IMG/VR virus record: IMGVR_UViG_3300044712_001401
Coordinates: 1-64,000 of that record
Source: a virus
Strand: one strand, 5' to 3'
Length of the DNA: 64,000 nucleotides
A program made the position numbers and the translations under genes. Shown piece after piece: positions 39,099 to 47,962 of this stretch (positions within the stretch are counted from its first letter, which is position 1; each line of letters begins with the position of its first letter). Below the pieces are notes generated by a model. That model ran no database searches. It was given only the letters and a program-made list of their open reading frames with translations, and was not told the DNA's origin.

Positions 39099-39367
39099 GC
39101 GGCGACGGCTCGAAGTCGTCGGGGCGTTCGTCGGCGGCGATTAACGCAGACGGCGACTCCGCGCGAGCGCTCGCGTTACTGTTGCGCGCAACGAAGAAAT
39201 TCCAGGACCGATTTCACGAATCGGTTCGTGCACGCGATACGACGTGGCATCGTCTGGCCGTAAAAGTCGATCGCGGTCGAATCGTCTCGATTCAATTGAT
39301 TCTCGACGAGTCGGTGGATGTACCCAAGCCAGACGCGGACGAACGCGAGGCGGAACCAAATAGCTGA
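39095..39367 (+). CDS. Hypothetical protein
   Basis: ATGA coupled start. Confidence 0.55.
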   Translation: MSGDGSKSSGRSSAAINADGDSARALALLLRATKKFQDRFHESVRARDTTWHRLAVKVDRGRIVSIQLILDESVDVPKPDADEREAEPNS

Positions 39368-39384
39368 CGCGACTTGTGGAATTG

Positions 39385-39413
39385 TTGACCTGCGACCACC
39401 GAGTTTGTATTGT
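39385..39413 (+). promoter_or_regulatory. Sigma70-like promoter TTGACC-17-TATTGT
   Basis: Intergenic, ahead of the head-tail gene block. Confidence 0.55.
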
Positions 39414-39478
39414 GTCGCTAGTGGGCAGGTGACGTCGCTATCTAAAAGCGGCGAAGCGAGGCGACAGGCCGGGGAGCG

Positions 39479-39517
39479 GGCCGGCGTCCGTGGCGAATCG
39501 GACGCCGGCCTTTTTTT
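39479..39517 (+). terminator. Intrinsic terminator
   Basis: 12-bp perfect stem GGCCGGCGTCCG/CGGACGCCGGCC followed by T7. Confidence 0.88.
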
Positions 39518-39702
39518 GTTGGCGTGGTGTAGCAAGGTCTTGACGCAGCCACCGATAGGGTACTAGGCTACGCCGGACGTTCCAGGCGAACCGATGACGA
39601 ATCACGAGCCGGGGCGGAGTCTCTAGGCGCAGCGTCGAACCCACCCTTTCGACGTTTGCATCTTGGCTCCGTCTCGGCTCGTTCTTTTTGCGGGTAGAAG
39701 CG

Positions 39703-40623
39703 ATGTCGAAAAACTGCTCGTTTTATCTGGGACCGGCGGTAAACCTTTCGGCTCGAAAAGTGCGGGTCGTTTGCACGAACTATCAACCGCCCGATCTCAT
39801 TACGCAGCAGACGCTCGCGGGAAACGCGACGACGTTCTCCATCGAACTTGAGGACGATAAGAAATACGAGATTCGCTTGATCGACGTGCGCGGCGGCGTG
39901 GACGGTCTCCCGTCGTACCTGCGAGTCGATACGTCTTCCGATTTGATTCCGTTTCAGTCCGGCGAAATCGTGCTCGTATCGGCGGAGGACACTTCCTCCT
40001 CGTCGCTATCGTCGCTGTCGTCGGTATCGTCGTCATCGTCTCGCGGATCGTCGCTCTCGTCCAAGTCGAGTAGCAGCCGGTCCTCGTCGTCTCGCTCCAG
40101 CTCGTCGAGCCAGAGCAGCCTTAGCAGCTTGAGCAGCCTATCGTCGTCGTCGTCTCGCGGCTCGTCGCTGTCGTCGCTCTCGTCCAAGTCGAGTAGCAGC
40201 CGGTCCTCGTCGTCGAAGTCGTCTAGTGGCAGCTCGTCATCGTCGTCGATTACGCAATCGCTCTCGGCATCGTCTCGCTCGTCCAAGTCGAGCAGTAGCC
40301 GGTCGTCTGGTGGCTCGTCGCAGAGCAGCTTGACGTCGTCGCTCTCGTCGCTGTCGAGTTTAACCAGCAGCCGCTCGTCGTCGTCGTCGATGAAGTCGAT
40401 GACCGAATCCAGCCTCTCGTCGCTCTCGTCCGTCTCGTCGAGCCGGTCCAGTTTGTCGTCCGTCTCGTCGAGCCTATCGAGCCAAAGCAGCAGCCGCTCG
40501 TCGTCGTCCAAGTCGTCGAGTAGCAGCGTGTCGTCGTTGTCGTCGTCCTCGTCCAGCAATTCCAGCAGCAACTCCTCTTCGACGTCGAGCCAATCGGTCT
40601 CGTCGTCGTCGACGGAACCCTAA
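39703..40623 (+). CDS. Small beta-rich domain + approx. 200-aa poly-Ser tail (putative virion protein)
   Basis: Ser tract from approx. 39994 to the C-terminus; located in the head module. Confidence 0.7.
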   Translation: MSKNCSFYLGPAVNLSARKVRVVCTNYQPPDLITQQTLAGNATTFSIELEDDKKYEIRLIDVRGGVDGLPSYLRVDTSSDLIPFQSGEIVLVSAEDTSSSSLSSLSSVSSSSSRGSSLSSKSSSSRSSSSRSSSSSQSSLSSLSSLSSSSSRGSSLSSLSSKSSSSRSSSSKSSSGSSSSSSITQSLSASSRSSKSSSSRSSGGSSQSSLTSSLSSLSSLTSSRSSSSSMKSMTESSLSSLSSVSSSRSSLSSVSSSLSSQSSSRSSSSKSSSSSVSSLSSSSSSNSSSNSSSTSSQSVSSSSTEP

Positions 40624-40641
40624 TTTTAGGAGCATCCCGAG

Positions 40642-41022
40642 ATGGCTCGGAACCGTTTGTCCGGAATCAACGTGGCGCAAGTGGTGCGTTACGTTTTGCA
40701 GGCTCCCGTCGATTCTTTCGATGCGCTGTTTAACGCGGTCGAAGCGTCCATGCAGCGGCTCGGAGTTCCGTCGAATCGACGAGCACTTCGCGACGTCGGG
40801 CACGCGAGCGTCACGATCAACTTGCGTTCGGTGATCGCGTGGGCGGAGGCACTGCCGACGCCGACCGAGGACAACCCGATTGCGACGGAGACCGTCGACG
40901 CGCTGGTGCAAATTCACGCGGCATGCTCGACTCGCTATCGGGCATCCGGATACACGGCGAAGAAGCCGTCGGCCGAGGACGTGGCAGCCGTAAACGATTT
41001 GGGCGAACGCCAAGGCGAGTAG
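40642..41022 (+). CDS. Hypothetical protein
   Basis: AGGAG RBS. Confidence 0.65.
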   Translation: MARNRLSGINVAQVVRYVLQAPVDSFDALFNAVEASMQRLGVPSNRRALRDVGHASVTINLRSVIAWAEALPTPTEDNPIATETVDALVQIHAACSTRYRASGYTAKKPSAEDVAAVNDLGERQGE

Positions 41023-41090
41023 ATGCCGGGCGAGCGTCGGTTCGGCTCCAAAAGTTGGGACGTCTGATTCGGGTCTGGAGGATTAACGCG

Positions 41091-43859
41091 ATGTCGATTC
41101 ACGAACGGTTGGTGGAGTCGCTCAAGGCGCGAGCCGTGGCGCGCGCGGGCAAGTCGGCGAACGCGTTCGGCTATGGAATCGGTTTGGCCGAAGCGTACGT
41201 CGCTCGCGCGTTTGATGAGCTTGGCTTTGGCGAGACAATCGCAGGAGCCAAGCGAGCGGACATTCTCGCGGCATCGTCCGGCAAGTTGGTGTACTGCCAA
41301 CCGGAACTGGAGATTTTCCGCAAGACGACGCGGTCCTCTCAATTTGCGGAGCTACTTCCGGACGGAATCAAAGCCCCAGACAACACGCTCTTGGTCTTTC
41401 AGAACGTGGTGACGACGCCACGCATCGATCGCGACAAAGACGTCTTGGAAACGTCTGGCGGAATGCTTGACCCGAAGGCTCCGCTGTTGTGGCAGCACCT
41501 ATACAATCTGCCGCTCGGTCCGGTGCTCGCGACGATTGAGCACACCCCCAAGGCGCTCAAGGTCGCGTGCGCAATTGTCGACGTCAACGATCTCACATCG
41601 GACGCGGCGAAATTTGTGGAGGCGGGGGTGCTCCGTATCTCGCACGGATTCCGGGCGTTGGAGTGGGACCAGCGCAAGGCGGAGCCGGGGGACGCGATGG
41701 GCGAACCGGGCTATCACATCACCAAGTTTGAGATAATGGAAGTCTCGCTGGTTTCCGTTCCGTCGAACGTCGATGCCGTGATCGAGATGTACGCCAAGGG
41801 CTCGCTCTCGTCCGACGTCGCGAAGGCGTGGGCTCGCAAGTCGTACGATGCTCGCCATCGCTCGTGGCGCGGCGTGACGCTCGACGACGCGAGCCAGACG
41901 GCGGTGGCTCCGTCCGGAGTCAAGCGAGTCGTGATTGACGACGCGACGCCGGCGAACGAGACGGAAGAACCGGCAATCGACTCCGGCGATGTTGATTCGA
42001 TTTGGGGCAAGTCAATTCCGGGCGGCGCGAAGGCGTTCGACGTCCAACGGCAAAACTTGGAGGCGTCGCGATTGGAGTACGAGTGGGTGTCGCGTTATCT
42101 CGGCACCGAAATCAAGAACGTCACGAGCCGGGACGAGCGAGCGTCGGGGGTGTGGGTCGGTACGTTCTTGTATGGCGTAGAGGAGGCGTTGGTTGGGCTC
42201 GACGCCAAGCAGGATGACTTGCGAAATCTGACGGACGACGGCAAGGAGATGCCACCCGAGTTTGCGCACGTCGAGCTAAACTCGAAAACGAGCCGCTCGT
42301 TCGTCGTCGAGGGGCTGCGTTTTTTTAAGACGGCTCGCGGACATCTGGTCGTCAAGACGTATCGGACGTGGCACGGCGTTGGTGTCTGCGCCTATGCGGC
42401 GGATCAGCAACTCGCAACCGACGTCATCGATTCAGCGTGGGCTCTCGGGCATCAGAAAAATCTGCTGCGCTACGAGGCTTTTTCTCTGTCGGGTGAGTTC
42501 TTGCCGGCGACGTCCGAGAAGTTTGACGGCTTGTTTTTGACGCCGGAAAACGAGGCGTCAGTGAAGCGAATCGTCCGCTTGCTCAACGAGAAGGGTGGCG
42601 ATCTGCCGAATCGCGGAATGATCCTGGCCGGACCGCCGGGGACTGGCAAGACGCTTTCCTCGCGAATCGTGCGCAACGAGGCGAACGCGACCTTCGTTTG
42701 GATTGCGGCGCGGGACTTTTCGCGATTTGGTGCGTACGGAACCTTCGGGATGGCGTTTGATTTGGCAAAGGCTCTCGGGCCGTGCGTCTTATGTTTCGAG
42801 GACATCGATTCGTGGATCGACGGATACTCGGTCGACCTGCTCAAGACGGAACTGGACGGAGTCGGGCGTAGTCGTGGCATCGTTACGATGCTATCGACGA
42901 ATCATCACCAGCGGTTGCCAAAGGCTCTCGTCGATCGGCCGGGGCGGTTCCATGACGTCTTGGTGTTTGATTTGCCGGACGACGCGACGCGCGCGAAAAT
43001 GATTGAACGGTGGCTGCCGGAACTTCCGGACGAGTCGCGGGCGCGAGTCGTGGAGCAAACCAAGGGCTACGCCGGCGCTCATGTTTTCGAGTTGTGCTAC
43101 TTTGCTCGCGTGCTCGGCGACGACGAGAAGATGGCGGTGGATGCGGCGGTCGATGTCGCGTTGAAAAAGATCTCGCAAGCCCGCGAATTGGTGGGAGCCA
43201 AGTCGGGCGAATCGCTGCAAGTCAAGGCGGCGCGTCCCGTGGCATACAAGCGGCTCGCGTTCGGAGTCAAGTCGGCGGAGACTCCGAGCGGCGTGGCCGA
43301 GGCGGCTCCGCCGCTACCGACTGCGGACGAGACGGTGCTAGACGGCTCCGCACGCGTCCCTGACGCGTCGAGCGGTGATCCGGGCGACGACACGGCAGAG
43401 CCAACCGAAAGCGGCGAGGCGGGCGACGGTGCGTCCGAGACAGGCGAACCGCTTGTCGGCACGTCGGGCGACCTGGAGACTCCGAAACAATCCGGCGCGA
43501 ACGTGAGAAAGGCCGGACGCGTCTTGAGCGAAAAGAACTTGACCGCGCTCAAGGAGTGCCAACAAGACATGGAGCACGTCATCGACAACGAGGAGCTAAG
43601 CCGTTCGGGGCTCGCGTTGATGGAGCGGTGCGTGGACAGAATCAAAACGGTGATTTCGACGGCTCAACCGGAAGTTGGGCCGGTCGTGGACCCGGCGTTG
43701 GCCGGGCAGGCGAGTGCGGCGGAGTCGCTCTCGGCAAAGAGTGCGTTTTCGTTGGCGCTGACGTTGTCATCGAAGCAAGAGCGTCGGCGATGGCGAGCCG
43801 CTCTCGATTCGGTGGTGGCTCGGGACGAAGACGATGACGTTATGGCGGATTTGATGTAA
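41091..43859 (+). CDS. HK97-type prohead protease with inserted AAA+ ATPase
   Basis: DRDKD, LLWQH, ISHGF, EVSLVSVPSN (Peptidase S78-like); GPPGTGKT, CFEDID, STNH, DRPGRF; C-terminal KAGRVLS; directly upstream of the major capsid gene; GGAGGA RBS. Confidence 0.88.
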   Translation: MSIHERLVESLKARAVARAGKSANAFGYGIGLAEAYVARAFDELGFGETIAGAKRADILAASSGKLVYCQPELEIFRKTTRSSQFAELLPDGIKAPDNTLLVFQNVVTTPRIDRDKDVLETSGGMLDPKAPLLWQHLYNLPLGPVLATIEHTPKALKVACAIVDVNDLTSDAAKFVEAGVLRISHGFRALEWDQRKAEPGDAMGEPGYHITKFEIMEVSLVSVPSNVDAVIEMYAKGSLSSDVAKAWARKSYDARHRSWRGVTLDDASQTAVAPSGVKRVVIDDATPANETEEPAIDSGDVDSIWGKSIPGGAKAFDVQRQNLEASRLEYEWVSRYLGTEIKNVTSRDERASGVWVGTFLYGVEEALVGLDAKQDDLRNLTDDGKEMPPEFAHVELNSKTSRSFVVEGLRFFKTARGHLVVKTYRTWHGVGVCAYAADQQLATDVIDSAWALGHQKNLLRYEAFSLSGEFLPATSEKFDGLFLTPENEASVKRIVRLLNEKGGDLPNRGMILAGPPGTGKTLSSRIVRNEANATFVWIAARDFSRFGAYGTFGMAFDLAKALGPCVLCFEDIDSWIDGYSVDLLKTELDGVGRSRGIVTMLSTNHHQRLPKALVDRPGRFHDVLVFDLPDDATRAKMIERWLPELPDESRARVVEQTKGYAGAHVFELCYFARVLGDDEKMAVDAAVDVALKKISQARELVGAKSGESLQVKAARPVAYKRLAFGVKSAETPSGVAEAAPPLPTADETVLDGSARVPDASSGDPGDDTAEPTESGEAGDGASETGEPLVGTSGDLETPKQSGANVRKAGRVLSEKNLTALKECQQDMEHVIDNEELSRSGLALMERCVDRIKTVISTAQPEVGPVVDPALAGQASAAESLSAKSAFSLALTLSSKQERRRWRAALDSVVARDEDDDVMADLM

Positions 43860-43918
43860 GGCGTTTTCTCGCGGCGTCCTGGGGCGTCTCGGGTTTCTTT
43901 TTTATCGGGGAGCCAGTT

Positions 43919-45520
43919 ATGAAGATTACCGCCGGCCTGAAAACTTGGGCCGTCTCGAAGGGGCTCGCGGAAAACGCGAGCGAGTTGCAAATCAAGCGGT
44001 GCGTGGCGGACGCGTTAGCGGACGGCTCGCTCACGCATGATGATTATTTGGCGTTGACGTCGGACGCACCGAACGCCGGCGCGAAGGCGTTGCTGGAGCG
44101 AATCGCGTCCTCGTTGGAGAGCGGCGTCAAGCCGGCGGCTGCGGAGGCCGGCGCGATCAAGGGCAGCGTCGGAGGAGCCACGCCGGAACCGAAGCGGGCG
44201 AAGCCGAGCGCGTTTGAGCGGGCGTTCTCGACGGCCGATGGCGACGACGAGCCGGAGCGGGTCGTCATCGAAGTCGTGGGCGTGCACGAGCGCTACGACA
44301 ACACCCGCAAGTCGGCTCGCTTTCCCGAGCGGACGATGAAGGGGGCGAAGCACTCGCGCGCCGGGCAACTGGTGACCGAAGGCGGCGACCGTGGCGTGCG
44401 CACGATCGAGGAGCCGTCGGAGTTGGATCTTGCGCTCTGCGGGGCGTACGTCAAATTCTCGATTGCGTCGCAACTGGGCGGCGTGAATCGGGTTCCTCGC
44501 CCGCTCCGTATGACGGAGCACGATTCGCAGCTCATGCAGTACGCGTTGGCGAAGGCCAAGTGGGGCGGCGTGCTCCACGGGGAGGGGACGGACGTCGAGG
44601 GAGCCATCGGCGTGAAGGGGGCTTTGCTCACGCCGAGCCAGCAAAAGGCGCTGATCGACGACGCCACGAGCGGCGGTCTCGAAATCGCGCCGATCGCGTT
44701 CGACGACGCGGTCATCATGACTCCGCTTTTGTTCTCCGAGTTCTACCAGCGGGTGAACACGGTCCCCATCACTCGCGGCCGGCGCATCGAGGGCGCGTCG
44801 ATGGGCAACGTCACGATCTCGGGGACGGGCGGCGACGATACGAACATCCCGCTGTTCAACACCGCGAGTTTCATCGCGGCGTTCGACACGACGATCTTTC
44901 CGGTCAACGGAGCGGTCGAGATTGGGCTGGATTTCATTTCCGATTCGCCAATCGACGTGGCGAATACGGTGGTGCGTCAATACGGAAACGTGTTGCTCGC
45001 GTGGCTCGACGAGCAGGTATGCATCGGCGACGGAACGACGGAGCCGGAAGGCGTGCTGAACGCGTCGGGGACGACGTCGGTGAACGCGGAGAACGGCGCG
45101 GGCGGTCCTCCGACTGTCGGCGATTACGAGAACCTGTTGTTCGGCGTGGCAAAGGCGTTCAAGGCGGGGACGAGCCCCGACCGGATCACGTTCGGCGCGA
45201 ACGAAACGACGTACCAGCGGGCACGCGGGATCGCGGTTTCGACGACGGATCAACGCCGGGTGTTCGGGATGACGCACGAGGATTACGTGCTGTTGAACCG
45301 CACGTTCGGCATCGGCGAGTTCTTTACGAATCGCCAATCCGTCTTTGTGAACTGGGCTCGCTATCGGATGTATCGTCGGCTCGGCCTGACGATCAAGGTG
45401 ACGACCGAAGGCTCGACGCTCACGCGTAAGAACCTGATGTTGCTCACCGCGCGTGCTCGCTACGGCGGACAACTGGAAGACGGTGGCGCGGCGGCCGTTT
45501 GCGCTGACGGGCAATCGTAG
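43919..45520 (+). CDS. Major capsid protein (HK97 fold) with N-terminal scaffold-like region
   Basis: SGGLEIAP, LDEQV.IGDGT.EP.GVLN, ARARYGG; position after the protease; strongly biased codon usage. Confidence 0.88.
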   Translation: MKITAGLKTWAVSKGLAENASELQIKRCVADALADGSLTHDDYLALTSDAPNAGAKALLERIASSLESGVKPAAAEAGAIKGSVGGATPEPKRAKPSAFERAFSTADGDDEPERVVIEVVGVHERYDNTRKSARFPERTMKGAKHSRAGQLVTEGGDRGVRTIEEPSELDLALCGAYVKFSIASQLGGVNRVPRPLRMTEHDSQLMQYALAKAKWGGVLHGEGTDVEGAIGVKGALLTPSQQKALIDDATSGGLEIAPIAFDDAVIMTPLLFSEFYQRVNTVPITRGRRIEGASMGNVTISGTGGDDTNIPLFNTASFIAAFDTTIFPVNGAVEIGLDFISDSPIDVANTVVRQYGNVLLAWLDEQVCIGDGTTEPEGVLNASGTTSVNAENGAGGPPTVGDYENLLFGVAKAFKAGTSPDRITFGANETTYQRARGIAVSTTDQRRVFGMTHEDYVLLNRTFGIGEFFTNRQSVFVNWARYRMYRRLGLTIKVTTEGSTLTRKNLMLLTARARYGGQLEDGGAAAVCADGQS

Positions 45521-45661
45521 TCGAAGCGGTCGCGGGCGTTGCTCGCGGCGACAAACTAGGCGAGGCGCGACCGTAGGTGTTGCGTCTCGCGTTCGAGTCT
45601 GGCACGATGCCGGGGCGAAAGCGCCGGGTTGCAGTTTTTCCGTCGGCTGCCTCACGGCGTT

Positions 45662-45694
45662 CCGCTCGGCATCATGCCGGGCGGTTTTCTTTTC
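45662..45694 (+). terminator. Intrinsic terminator after the capsid gene
   Basis: CCGCTCGGCA-TCA-TGCCGGGCGG followed by TTTTCTTTT. Confidence 0.75.
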
Positions 45695-45724
45695 ATGGCG
45701 ACGGAGCAAGACGGAGAATCTTAC

Positions 45725-46327
45725 GTGGCAAACGAACCACAAAACACGTCGGCCGAGCAAGACCGGGCCGTGCGGGCTCGCAGTGGCGGGCCGGCGTTCG
45801 TCGTCGAGTTTGGCGACGACAACTGCCGGACGATTACGATTAACACGCTCAAGCTCCGAGTACGTGGGCGGTTCTCGTCATCGGTGCTCCACAAGCGGCC
45901 GATGGGCGGGCGAGATATGGGGCAAGCCATGAATCGGATGCCGGACATCCCTGGCATGCGATTGAGCTTTGACCCGCGAACCAAGACGTGTCGATTGTAC
46001 GACCCGTTGGAGGCGGACAAGACGTTACTCGATCGCGTCAATTCAGCGGCGGAGGGCGTTCCGGCGATCATCAAGTCGGGCGGACGGTTTACGTTTGTGC
46101 CGGCGTCCGAGCATGACTTCTCAGACCCCGACCGGCTCAAGACGCTGCTCGTCGAGTTGCTAAACAAGGTCGAGTCCGGTTCGTGCGTTGTGGTCGAAGG
46201 CGAGCTACCAACGCGGGACCAACTGACCAAAATTCCGGGACGTCGCCTGCACGATCCGTGGAATTCGTCGGCGACGAAGCCACGCTACTCGGACGAGGCG
46301 GAGGAAGCTCTCCACGCGGCGGAGTAG
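45725..46327 (+). CDS. Hypothetical protein
   Basis: GGAG RBS before GTG 45725. Confidence 0.65.
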   Translation: MANEPQNTSAEQDRAVRARSGGPAFVVEFGDDNCRTITINTLKLRVRGRFSSSVLHKRPMGGRDMGQAMNRMPDIPGMRLSFDPRTKTCRLYDPLEADKTLLDRVNSAAEGVPAIIKSGGRFTFVPASEHDFSDPDRLKTLLVELLNKVESGSCVVVEGELPTRDQLTKIPGRRLHDPWNSSATKPRYSDEAEEALHAAE

Positions 46328-46363
46328 GAATCGCTCGCGACTCGCGAGAGAAAGACAGGACGC

Positions 46364-46519
46364 ATGAGCGCGAAGACGATGGAGCCGCAGAAGAACGCGG
46401 CGGGACCGTGCCGAGTTTGCGGCGGACGTAAGACGGTCGATGGTCCCGGTGGAAAAAAAGTCCCGTGCGTCGCGTGTCGCGGCACGGGACGTAATGGTGT
46501 CTCGACTCAAAACAAGTAG
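46364..46519 (+). CDS. 51-aa DnaJ-type Zn-finger microprotein (not in the ORF track)
   Basis: AGGA RBS; MSAKTMEPQKNAAGPCRVCGGRKTVDGPGGKKVPCVACRGTGRNGVSTQNK. Confidence 0.7.
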   Translation: MSAKTMEPQKNAAGPCRVCGGRKTVDGPGGKKVPCVACRGTGRNGVSTQNK

Positions 46520-46528
46520 CTTTAGGAG

Positions 46529-47095
46529 ATGACGATGACTCCTGCACAACTGGCGACGCTCAAGGCGGATATTCTCGCCAATCCCAACGTCAACACGATT
46601 CCGCGCAATCCCGATGGGTTCGTCTCGATTGCGGCTTGGTACAACCAAACGGCGGCTCCCGATTTCGTCGTCTGGCGAACCGACGTTCCGGTGGAAGACA
46701 TTCAGAACGCCATCGTCTATGCCAATATGACTCCGGCTCAGGCGATTCCGGCGGGGCCAACGAACGACATCCTCGCGTGGCAGTCACGGGCGCTCGCGGC
46801 GCAGGGAAAGCAGTTCAACCTGCAAAATCTGCTGCTCGGGCGAACAACGGTGAACGCGTCGCGAACCAATATTCGCGCGGCGTTCCAGGACTGTCTCACG
46901 GGATTGCCGACGAAGGCGGACGGGACGACGCAGGCGGCCGGCTGGGCGGCGGTGCAAACGGCAATGCAACGTTTGGCAACGAACGGCGAAAAGCTCTACG
47001 CGACCGGAGACGGAGCCGGCGGGGCTCCCGATACGATGACCTTCGAGGGGGCGGTGCAAGGTCAAGACGTCGAAGCGGCGTTGGCGTTGCCCTAG
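46529..47095 (+). CDS. Putative virion protein
   Basis: MTPAQLATLKADI; AGGAG RBS; structural module. Confidence 0.65.
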   Translation: MTMTPAQLATLKADILANPNVNTIPRNPDGFVSIAAWYNQTAAPDFVVWRTDVPVEDIQNAIVYANMTPAQAIPAGPTNDILAWQSRALAAQGKQFNLQNLLLGRTTVNASRTNIRAAFQDCLTGLPTKADGTTQAAGWAAVQTAMQRLATNGEKLYATGDGAGGAPDTMTFEGAVQGQDVEAALALP

Positions 47096-47155
47096 TCGTC
47101 GGAGCCACGAGCGGACGGGCGTAGAGTTGGCGTCTCAAGCAACGAGGGAAAGATC

Positions 47156-47962
47156 GTGGGTAGCATCTCCATCAATGGATTCGGAAACGCGGCGTTGCTC
47201 CGCTCTCCGTCGCTCGACGACGTGACGATTGAGCTGTTCGGAGTTTGTCGTCGATGTCGGCTCTATCACAAAATCAGAGCGAACCCGATGTCGTTCGGGT
47301 CGCTCGCGTTCGATTGGCAGCACAAGCACCGATTGTGCGAATTGGAGACTCCCGGCTCCGTCGAGTTCATTTCGCCACGGCGAACGATGCCAAGGAATTT
47401 CGACGATCGGATTTACAATCGGCTCGGGTATGGTCCGCAATGGCTCGACTGGCGGCCGAATGCGGACGTGAAGTTGGCGTACGCGGCAGACGCGGCGATG
47501 ACGATGGACCTTTCAGCTCTCAACTCGTCGTCGACGTTTACGCTCGGCCGAGAGTCGACGGCGGTCGACAATACGGCCAATCTCTATCTCGACTTCCGGA
47601 TCACCGGAACCTACATAGCGGGCACTACGCCGACGACTCCTGCCGAGACTCGTTTGTATTTGATTATACCAACCGATGACACCCCTGCGTGGCCAGACGT
47701 GTTCGACGGGACGGATAGCAATGAAACCGTCACGAATTCAAACATACTTGATACGCTCCCGATGTTGTGGTCTGGAACCGTTGGTACGACATCCAATCAG
47801 ACGTATCCAATTATCTCAGCGATGACGGTCGCGCAAGTGCTCGGTTTTTGCCCATCGCGGTGGGGACTGTTCTTTACTCACTTTCACACCGCCGCTCTCA
47901 AGACCGATGCGGGAAATACTAACTCGATCTACCGTCAAGGTCTTTACGCCACGGTGATTTAG
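47156..47962 (+). CDS. Putative virion protein (beta-rich C-terminal domain)
   Basis: Thr-rich; structural module. Confidence 0.6.
   Translation: MGSISINGFGNAALLRSPSLDDVTIELFGVCRRCRLYHKIRANPMSFGSLAFDWQHKHRLCELETPGSVEFISPRRTMPRNFDDRIYNRLGYGPQWLDWRPNADVKLAYAADAAMTMDLSALNSSSTFTLGRESTAVDNTANLYLDFRITGTYIAGTTPTTPAETRLYLIIPTDDTPAWPDVFDGTDSNETVTNSNILDTLPMLWSGTVGTTSNQTYPIISAMTVAQVLGFCPSRWGLFFTHFHTAALKTDAGNTNSIYRQGLYATVI

Noticed and set aside
39521-39600. Possible tRNA
   Set aside because: Has stems but no convincing T-loop or cloverleaf spacing.
39954-40571. Asp/Glu-rich minus-strand ORF (also 49338-49802 and 59743-60012)
   Set aside because: Antisense shadow of TCG/TCC/AGC Ser codons; lies within + strand genes of a + strand operon and has no domain content.
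44015-45760. 581-aa minus-strand ORF
   Set aside because: Shadow of the codon-biased capsid gene; Arg-rich with no motifs, unlike the antisense ORF in the intein.
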